A stretch of 64,000 nt of DNA from Spirochaetota bacterium (GTDB taxonomy: Bacteria; Spirochaetota; UBA4802; UBA5550): the NCBI GenBank assembly GCA_963663865.1, contig OY760686.1, positions 1,696,001 to 1,760,000 of the forward strand, given 5' to 3'. Within the stretch, counting starts at the first letter, position 1. The number at the start of each line of letters is the position of its first letter. Below are positions 56,912-64,000 of the stretch, one piece after another. The notes under the pieces are model-generated. The model did not search any database and was not told the DNA's origin. It worked only from the letters and a program-made list of their open reading frames with translations. The translations under genes and the position numbers were made by a program.

Positions 56912-59143
56912 ATGATAGGGAAGATGACATCATTTCTTTTCAGATACACGTTTAGGATTGCTCTGCTTACAGATATTATTGTTTTGCTAATTACGGCTTC
57001 CTCTTTCTATGTATCCGCGCTGTTTGTAGGTCAGCCTTCGGTTGAGTTGAATTTTCTCATCAGCCCTTATTTTGCGGCGGCAATATTTGCTCCATTTCTG
57101 CTTCATCTGATACAGTGGGGGCTGCTTTCATTCGCGGGAATTCCGGCCTTTTCTCAGGGCCACAGGCTGGTTAACCTCTGGCATCGAAATCGTTTTGTCA
57201 ATGACCCTGTTGAAAAGAGGATTCTCTATGAAACACTGAGCAGCCTGCCGGTTTTTTCGATGCTAAACACCATACTCTACCTCGTTATTATGGGGATGAT
57301 GACGGCGGGAGCTCTGTACTATTTTCACTCTCAGTCAGCTGTATTAGACAGTACTGAGCTCAGAGGCTTTGTCAGGCTAACCGGTATCGCATTTCTTTAC
57401 TCAATTCTGCTCAGTTCCGTAATGTCATACAATGTCGCTGAAACATGCACATCGTTCAAGAGGAGAGAGCTGCTCAATTCGCTCAACTACTCGGAAAGGG
57501 CCGAGACCTCTGTCTCTTCTATAGGCCCTGGATTAAGGCTCCTGCTTATTCTCATCTTGTTCTTGCTTCAATTCGCATTTGTCTTTCCATCGGCATACAG
57601 GCTTGGGCAGCGCGGCGCGGATATATCAGGTTTAGCGATGCTTCCTGTTTTAGTTATGCTTATGATTACAACCGGTCTGCTCGTGTACACCTCTGTTCCC
57701 GTCCTCGCTCAGCTAAGCGACCTTCGTAATTCCATAGCCAGAATACGCCGCGGAGGCAGGCCTGCTTTTAAACGGCCGGCCCTGGAAGGCGTTACCGCAG
57801 AAGCACAGTTTTCCCTCCTTGACCTCGCGGCAGAGCACGAGACAGAGGTGCTGGGTCTTGAGGAACAGGCAGAGTTCATGGATAATCGGATTGCTGAATT
57901 GGAACAGCAGCTGAAGGAAAAGGAAAGCCGAATGAAAAAACAGCTGAATATGGCAAATATTATTCAGCAGAGCATTCTTCCGGTTTCATTCGACGGATGG
58001 AACGAAATCAAGGTCGCAGTCAGACACATGGCTCTGGAAGAGGTAGGGGGCGATTTTTACGACTTCTACAGAATGAAAAATGAAACTCTCGGGGTTGTAA
58101 TCGGCGATGTCTCAGGACACGGCATTCCAGCGGCCCTTGTGACATCAATGTCGAAGATTCTATTCAGCAGCGCGGCAGAGAAAAGCACATCCCCGGTCCA
58201 GATAATAAGAGAGGTGAACAGGACTCTGCTTGAGAACATCAGGACTGCCGAGTTTCTGACATGTTTTATGCTGACGGTTGATGAGGACTATAATCTCAGC
58301 TACACAAATGCCAGCCATCAGAGGCCTGTACTTTTGCGGCAGGAGACTGGAGAGATAGAGCTGCTTGATACAGACGGTTTGTTCATTGGTATCGTTGCCG
58401 ATGAGGAAAACAGATATACCGAGGGGAAAACAGGTCTTAATTACTCGGACCGCGTAATCCTGTATTCTGACGGAATTACGGAGGCCGTCGCGCCTGACGG
58501 TGAAAAGTACACTAATGCGAGATTTGAGAAGTCCATTCTCAGGCACAGAGACAGGCCACTGGAACAGTTCGCCGATTCTCTCATGCAGGACGTAAAAAGG
58601 TTTACAGGCAAGGAAGCTGTTAAGGACGATGCCACCATAATCATTCTCGAATTAGTGCGTGATGAGGCTGTAGACGCTGTAAAAAAAGCAAAACGGCTGA
58701 TATCGCTGCACAATCCTGATGGCGCTGTTGAGCTTCTTGAGCAAGCTCTTGAGAAGATGCCTGAGAGCCAAAAAATTCTTTACAATCTGGCCAAGTGTTA
58801 TTTTAGAGTTAATGAATACGGGAAGTCAATTGAGTATATTCTCAGATATATTGAATCAGAGAAGCTCAACAAGTATGCCTATTACATATGCGGTGCTTCA
58901 TATTACCAGCTGTCCGACTACGGAAAGGCCCTGCGCTATCTTGATGCAGCTCTTAATCTTGACAAACGCTTTGTCAACGCGCTCTTTGCCAGGTCCATGA
59001 CTCTCGTTAAGTCGGGGGATCACGCGGAGGCGAGGGCCTGCATAGAAAGAATTCTGGATATTGATCCAGACAACAAAATCGCTATACATCAACTGAATAA
59101 AATCGACGAAATAAATGAAATTGAAAATGATAAAGAATCTTAG
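56912..59143 (+). CDS. Multi-TM SpoIIE/PP2C phosphatase with C-terminal TPRs
   Basis: About six TMs, coiled coil, GGDFYD, GDVSGHG, YSDGITE, DDAT, then TPR repeats. Confidence 0.9.
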   Translation: MIGKMTSFLFRYTFRIALLTDIIVLLITASSFYVSALFVGQPSVELNFLISPYFAAAIFAPFLLHLIQWGLLSFAGIPAFSQGHRLVNLWHRNRFVNDPVEKRILYETLSSLPVFSMLNTILYLVIMGMMTAGALYYFHSQSAVLDSTELRGFVRLTGIAFLYSILLSSVMSYNVAETCTSFKRRELLNSLNYSERAETSVSSIGPGLRLLLILILFLLQFAFVFPSAYRLGQRGADISGLAMLPVLVMLMITTGLLVYTSVPVLAQLSDLRNSIARIRRGGRPAFKRPALEGVTAEAQFSLLDLAAEHETEVLGLEEQAEFMDNRIAELEQQLKEKESRMKKQLNMANIIQQSILPVSFDGWNEIKVAVRHMALEEVGGDFYDFYRMKNETLGVVIGDVSGHGIPAALVTSMSKILFSSAAEKSTSPVQIIREVNRTLLENIRTAEFLTCFMLTVDEDYNLSYTNASHQRPVLLRQETGEIELLDTDGLFIGIVADEENRYTEGKTGLNYSDRVILYSDGITEAVAPDGEKYTNARFEKSILRHRDRPLEQFADSLMQDVKRFTGKEAVKDDATIIILELVRDEAVDAVKKAKRLISLHNPDGAVELLEQALEKMPESQKILYNLAKCYFRVNEYGKSIEYILRYIESEKLNKYAYYICGASYYQLSDYGKALRYLDAALNLDKRFVNALFARSMTLVKSGDHAEARACIERILDIDPDNKIAIHQLNKIDEINEIENDKES

Positions 59144-60179
59144 CCTTGAAGAGGCGGGCGCCTACTTCAAACAGAAAGGGCTTCAGGAGTACAGGGCAAA
59201 GCAGCTCTTCAGCTGGATATATGACAGAAACTGCGGCTCTTTCGATGAAATGACTACCTTCTCGAAGGAGCTCAGGGCTGAACTTTCTTCCGATTTTATT
59301 TTGAACCCGCTGGAACTTGAAGAGAGGACAATCTCCGAAAAAGACGGAACTGAAAAGTTTCTGCTCAGGACGCATGACGGCCATTTTATTGAAACTGTCC
59401 TTATCAAGAATGACGGAACGGAAGACGGCAGGCTGACTGTTTGTGTCTCAAGCCAGGTTGGCTGCGCTATGGGCTGCGTATTCTGCGAGACGGCTAAGCT
59501 CGGCTTTATCCGTAATCTTGAGCCCGCTGAGATACTGGACCAGCTCGGACAGGTAAGACGGTATACAGGCTTAAAAAACAACAACATAGTTTTTATGGGA
59601 ATGGGCGAGCCGTTTATGAATTACGAGAATGTGATCAAAGCAGCTCAAATTATGAACTACTCGTTCGGATTTCATATTTCGGTAAGAAAAATAACCATCT
59701 CAAGCTGCGGCATATTCCCCCAGATAGAAAGGTTCATTGATGAAAAACAGCCCTTTAACCTTGCCCTCTCTCTGAACGATACTGTATGGGAGCGGCGGGC
59801 CCAGAGTATGCCGATAGAGAAAAAGTATCCCTTTAAAAAGATCGCTTCTCTTTTGAACAAAAAGTTTCCCGTTTCAAGAAACAGGCTGACCATTGAGTAT
59901 GTGATGAAAAATGACAATATATCAAGAGAGGACGCGAAGCGTATTAAGGAAATGTTCCGCTTCGCCCGCATTAAGATGAATCTGATTCCGCTGAATCCTG
60001 GCTCTTCCGGTATAGTAAGACCCTCAGACGATGCGATAAACGCATTTATTGACTACCTGTCGATCATGAATGTTCCAGTTTCAATCAGGAAGAGTATGGG
60101 GAGCGACATCGGGGGGGCTTGCGGACAGCTTTCCGGAAAGAAAACCGGGCAGAGAACAATATTTGAGAACGCGGGGTAA
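59115..60179 (+). CDS. rlmN: 23S rRNA (adenine(2503)-C2)-methyltransferase, radical SAM
   Basis: DGTEKFL, CVSSQVGCAMGCVFC, FMGMGEP, IGGACGQL. Confidence 0.95.
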   Translation: MKLKMIKNLSLEEAGAYFKQKGLQEYRAKQLFSWIYDRNCGSFDEMTTFSKELRAELSSDFILNPLELEERTISEKDGTEKFLLRTHDGHFIETVLIKNDGTEDGRLTVCVSSQVGCAMGCVFCETAKLGFIRNLEPAEILDQLGQVRRYTGLKNNNIVFMGMGEPFMNYENVIKAAQIMNYSFGFHISVRKITISSCGIFPQIERFIDEKQPFNLALSLNDTVWERRAQSMPIEKKYPFKKIASLLNKKFPVSRNRLTIEYVMKNDNISREDAKRIKEMFRFARIKMNLIPLNPGSSGIVRPSDDAINAFIDYLSIMNVPVSIRKSMGSDIGGACGQLSGKKTGQRTIFENAG

Positions 60180-60181
60180 AC

Positions 60182-62488
60182 GTGGGCAGGCTAAAATTGC
60201 TATTAAACCGGGTTAAGAAGAGATGGAAGCTTTTGGTTCTATATATTCCGGGGGCGCTGTTCATTCTTGTTTCAGCTTACACTCTGGTTATCTATCTGAG
60301 CTGGGTTTCCGACGAAGGGGCCGCTCTGGAAAAGCTTGCGAGATACAAAAAGCTCATTGACCGCACTGAGGAGCTCAGGGAAGGAACGGTTTACAGCTAC
60401 AGCGATGTCGTTCCCGGTGCGAGGGTTGTCGATATTCCTACAAGAATCTATGACAGAAACGGGGAGCTTATTGGAGAGTTTTTCGAGCAGAAAAGAGAAA
60501 TCATTCCTTACTCATATATTCCTGAATGGATTGTCAAAGGGGTTATCGCCAGCGAGGACAGGGATTTTTATGAACATACCGGCGTTAATTTCAAAGGGAT
60601 TTTCCGTGCCATGCTCGTCAATATCAGCAGCTTTAGCGTAGTACAGGGCGGAAGTACAATTACCCAGCAGCTATCCAAGGTTCTGTTCACTGATATGGAT
60701 AGAAGCATCAAGCGTAAGATATACGAGTTTTTCTGTGCGAGAGAAATTGAGAGGCATTATGATAAACAGGATATACTCTCAATGTATCTGAATTTGATAT
60801 ACTTCGGGAACGGCGCTTACGGAGTAGAGTCAACATCGAAGATGTTTTTTGGACGCAGCGTAACCGGCCTTGATGAGGCAGAATGCGCCATGATTGTAGC
60901 TACAATCTCAAGTCCGCGAATCTACTCACCGCTGTCAAATCTCGATTCATCGGTGAAAAAAACGCGGCGCATACTGAATTCAATGGTTGATGCCGGGTTT
61001 CTGAAGCCCGCAGCGGCGGACGCAAGATATAAGCACTTTCTCAGGGAATGGGAAGTCGAGTTCACAAAAGAAGGAAAGGCCGTTTCATCGAAAATCGGCG
61101 GCTTCCTGTACAGCTCTTATCGTGTCAACAGGGCGCCTTTTTTTAACGAACAGATCCGAAGAACACTTGTGGAAAGATTCGGCGACGACGCTGTAAAAAA
61201 AGGCGGACTTAGCGTCTACACTACAATAGATGCCGAGGCCCAGGACGCTGCGCGGGAAAGTCTCAGAAGAGGAATAAGCTCTCAGCGGGACTTTCACAGG
61301 AAAAAAGCCGGGAAGTCCGCAAATACTCGCTATGCCAAAGAGGAGCTTGAGAAGGCATCAAATATTGAGGGGGCTCTCGTAGCGCTCAATCCCGGAACAG
61401 GCGAGATACTATCCTATGCCGGAGGATACGATTTTACAGCAAAAAATCAGAATGATCACGTGTCACAGATTTTACGTCAGCCGGGTTCCTCCTTTAAACC
61501 GCTGGTTTATTGCGCCGCGGTTGAAAAGAAGGCCATCACACCATCAACAATAATCCTGGATGAAAAGACTGTCTTTAAGGGAGGATATTCACCCTCCAAC
61601 TATAGCAACACGTTCAGCGGAAGCGTTACCGCGAGGGAGGCGCTGAAGAAGTCAATAAACATACCGGCGGTTAAGGTTCTTGAACTTTCGGGGTACGGAA
61701 AGGTTCTTTCGTATGTCGGAGGAGCGCTTCAGCTGTCAAAAACTGACCTTGAAAAGAGATTCGGAGAAACACTCAGCCTGGCGCTTGGAACCTATGAGAT
61801 ATCACCTCTCGAAAATGCGGTATTGCATTCTGTCATCGCAAACGGGGGCAGCTACATCAAACCGTACGGGATACGCCATGTTAAGGATTACAATGGGAGC
61901 ATTATCTGGAACATGGAAGAAGAGGTTGTAAGTGAGATGAAATCAATAAGGGATAAAGGAAATATTATTGATGAACCGGCTTCGGCAGTAACAGTATCTA
62001 TGCTCAGAGGTGTAACAGAAGAAGGCGGTACAGCTTATTACAGTGTCAGGGGAAGGAAGTTCCCGTTCCAGACTGCCGGGAAAACGGGGACAAGCAACAA
62101 TTACTGCGACGCATGGTTTATCGGCTACACTCCCGCCATTGTGACAGCTATCTGGATAGGAAACAAAGCCGGCGCAATTTCACTTGGCCATGGAAGAGCA
62201 GGTGGAGCGATAGCTGCCCCGGTATGGGCCGATTATATCGGCAGAGCATACAGGGAGGGATATCCTACAGAGTTTGCCATACCGCGCAAGGGTGTTACGC
62301 GGGAGAATATATGCGGTGTTTCGGGGCTTGTCGCGAGACCCGACGGCAGCTGTTCCGAGTACACTGTTGAACAGGTTTACTACGCCGGCACCGAGCCGGG
62401 TGAGTACTGCAACATTCATAAAAATGACAGCCAGGAGCTTCATTCAACTGAAGGCTCCGGAGCGTCTGCGCAGAACCACTCAATGTGA
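60182..62488 (+). CDS. Class A penicillin-binding protein (PBP1A family)
   Basis: EDRDFYEH, QGGSTITQQL, RKIYE, RQPGSSFK (SxxK), SINIPA (SxN), GKTGT. Confidence 0.95.
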   Translation: MGRLKLLLNRVKKRWKLLVLYIPGALFILVSAYTLVIYLSWVSDEGAALEKLARYKKLIDRTEELREGTVYSYSDVVPGARVVDIPTRIYDRNGELIGEFFEQKREIIPYSYIPEWIVKGVIASEDRDFYEHTGVNFKGIFRAMLVNISSFSVVQGGSTITQQLSKVLFTDMDRSIKRKIYEFFCAREIERHYDKQDILSMYLNLIYFGNGAYGVESTSKMFFGRSVTGLDEAECAMIVATISSPRIYSPLSNLDSSVKKTRRILNSMVDAGFLKPAAADARYKHFLREWEVEFTKEGKAVSSKIGGFLYSSYRVNRAPFFNEQIRRTLVERFGDDAVKKGGLSVYTTIDAEAQDAARESLRRGISSQRDFHRKKAGKSANTRYAKEELEKASNIEGALVALNPGTGEILSYAGGYDFTAKNQNDHVSQILRQPGSSFKPLVYCAAVEKKAITPSTIILDEKTVFKGGYSPSNYSNTFSGSVTAREALKKSINIPAVKVLELSGYGKVLSYVGGALQLSKTDLEKRFGETLSLALGTYEISPLENAVLHSVIANGGSYIKPYGIRHVKDYNGSIIWNMEEEVVSEMKSIRDKGNIIDEPASAVTVSMLRGVTEEGGTAYYSVRGRKFPFQTAGKTGTSNNYCDAWFIGYTPAIVTAIWIGNKAGAISLGHGRAGGAIAAPVWADYIGRAYREGYPTEFAIPRKGVTRENICGVSGLVARPDGSCSEYTVEQVYYAGTEPGEYCNIHKNDSQELHSTEGSGASAQNHSM

Positions 62489-62525
62489 ATATCTGCAGAA
62501 TAAAAGCATCATTGATAAAGGTTAA

Positions 62526-63410
62526 ATGGTTATAATTATGAGAGCTTCAAGAATTATGTTTTTTATATCGTTTATTTTTCTTGTTATGGTGAACCTGTCT
62601 TTTACATGGCCCCTTGAAGAATCCAGGCTTACATCGACATTTGGAGAATCGCGGGGAGACCACTTCCACGACGGTATTGACCTGATAAGCACAAACTCAG
62701 ACGTGAAACCCCTTGCCTCTGGAAAGACAATGTTTATGTGGGACCAGGCAATGTTTCCCCTTGACAATGAGCCCGGCGGAGGTAACTACCTGATTCTAAA
62801 GCACCCGGAGAAGGGACTGTATTCAGTATATATGCACCTTGAAAAGGGGCTGTCGCATAAGTCTGAGATCGGAACCGCTGATGTTTTAGGCAGAGTCGGC
62901 AACACCGGACATTCATTCGCGGCACACCTTCACTTTGGTCTTTTTACTGACAGCGGCAAAAAGTCCATAAATCCGCTCACTGTTCTATCAAGTTATAAAG
63001 ATAAAGAAGCGCCTGAGATATCAGAATTTGCGCTGCTTATCGGCGACAGATACGTAATCGTACGGGAGAATTCCACAATAAGGCTTACACAGCATTATCC
63101 CCTTTTGATTCGCGTAGTCGATTCAGTTAGCGGCCGTGAGAGACTGGGTGTTTACAGACTTAAGGTTGCTGTAAATGGTGTCCCTGCTGTAAACAGGGAA
63201 TTCGATGCAATAGAGAATATAAAAGGGAATCACTGTGTTGGCGGTAAACCTTTTCAGGAAGTTTTCGACATTAAGGGGTATTACAGGGTTCCTGAAATAA
63301 AATACAGGTCAGGTTTAAACACCATCGTTGTTGAGGCGGAAGATTTAGCTGGAAACAGGTCGGTTAAGGAGTTCAGCTGTACTGTAAATCTTGATCTGGA
63401 CCAGGGCTGA
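62526..63410 (+). CDS. M23 family metallopeptidase
   Basis: TFGESRGDHFHDGIDL, YMHL, GNTGHSFAAHLHF. Confidence 0.9.
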   Translation: MVIIMRASRIMFFISFIFLVMVNLSFTWPLEESRLTSTFGESRGDHFHDGIDLISTNSDVKPLASGKTMFMWDQAMFPLDNEPGGGNYLILKHPEKGLYSVYMHLEKGLSHKSEIGTADVLGRVGNTGHSFAAHLHFGLFTDSGKKSINPLTVLSSYKDKEAPEISEFALLIGDRYVIVRENSTIRLTQHYPLLIRVVDSVSGRERLGVYRLKVAVNGVPAVNREFDAIENIKGNHCVGGKPFQEVFDIKGYYRVPEIKYRSGLNTIVVEAEDLAGNRSVKEFSCTVNLDLDQG

Positions 63411-63418
63411 GGCAAGCG

Positions 63419-63844
63419 GTGATTAAGTTGCATAACATGATACCTCATTTCAGGAGAGAAAAGAAGATAAAGCAGGCCGACATGGCTAAATCTCTCAATG
63501 TTTCCCCGTCTTATCTGTGTAAAATTGAAAAAGGGATTCAGATTCCAACGAAAAAATTTATGGAAGACTGTTCGTTATATTTAGGCGTCACGATAAATGC
63601 ACTTTTCCCCACCGGGCTGAAGAATAAAACAGATCGAATTAAGGAGATAAACTCGTGCTTCAAGAGCAAGCTCTGGAGCATCCGCACTGAGAGAGGCATA
63701 AAGCAGTACGAAATGGCCAGAATACTCGAATGCTCTCCGTCGTATCTTTCGAGGGTAGAGAAGGGCATCCTGATTCCAAATGAGAGGTTTAGAAAACGCT
63801 GTGCCAGAATTCTCAAGATCAAGGAATTTGAACTCTTTCAGTGA
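63419..63844 (+). CDS. Tandem double XRE-HTH transcriptional regulator
   Basis: Two homologous HTHs: IKQADMAKSLNVSPSYLCKIEKG and IKQYEMARILECSPSYLSRVEKG. Confidence 0.85.
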   Translation: MIKLHNMIPHFRREKKIKQADMAKSLNVSPSYLCKIEKGIQIPTKKFMEDCSLYLGVTINALFPTGLKNKTDRIKEINSCFKSKLWSIRTERGIKQYEMARILECSPSYLSRVEKGILIPNERFRKRCARILKIKEFELFQ

Positions 63845-63856
63845 CAAGACTTACCG

Positions 63857-64000
63857 ATGGATATTCATTTGCATGAAATAATCTCTATTGCGGTGCTGGC
63901 GGTATTATCGGCCTTTTTTTCCGCTTCGGAAACCGCGCTTTTTTCGCTGGGTAAGGCCGACCTCCACCGATTTTCACGTTCCGGGAAACGGGTAGAACGC
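63857..64000 (+). CDS. CNNM/DUF21 (HlyC/CorC hemolysin-family) protein, 5' partial
   Basis: Not in the ORF track. Reads MDIHLHEIISIAVLAVLSAFFSASETALFSL...; LSAFFSASETA is the DUF21 signature. Confidence 0.85.
   Translation, partial: MDIHLHEIISIAVLAVLSAFFSASETALFSLGKADLHRFSRSGKRVER

Noticed and set aside
1-64000. CRISPR array, rRNA, tRNA, transposase/integrase, prophage
   Set aside because: No regularly spaced repeats, cloverleaf motifs, or recombinase or phage proteins were seen by eye; a short tRNA could have been missed without tRNAscan.

Overview
This looks like a bacterial chromosomal window, most likely from a Leptospirae-related spirochaete. That is an inference from a DUF1577-like PilZ protein, three SpoIIE/PP2C phosphatases and a Leptospira-style Rhs protein. 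Positions 1-6.5 kb are an accessory region: the 3' end of a Bacteroidota-like C10 peptidase and a lipoprotein, a structured ~280-bp dispersed repeat, a broken Rhs toxin gene (in-frame TAG plus a 1-nt frameshift) with an intact toxin tip and a colicin-D-immunity-like partner, an orphan duplicate of the Rhs core, and a RelE/XRE toxin-antitoxin pair. Next is a selenium operon (yedF, class V desulfurase, DUF3343, selD, mnmH), followed mostly by housekeeping and signalling genes (thiM/E, RlmD-like, rnr, EndoIII-like, pgi, gltA, slyD, maf, rel, RlmL-like, cysE, peptide ABC transporter, rlmN, PBP1A, two M23 peptidases). A second accessory islet (42.4-44.4 kb) holds higBA between two more copies of the repeat, then a perfect hairpin and a rod-shaped ncRNA candidate. 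I saw no rRNA, tRNA, CRISPR array, transposase or integrase. No clearly new multi-gene system can be proven from the sequence alone. The best leads are the structured repeat tied to toxin loci, a possible lipoprotein mini-Rhs toxin, a membrane-anchored RxxxR-repeat protein next to a PilZ-like protein, and an archaeal-type radical SAM/HD pair. All family assignments come from recognising motifs, not from database searches.
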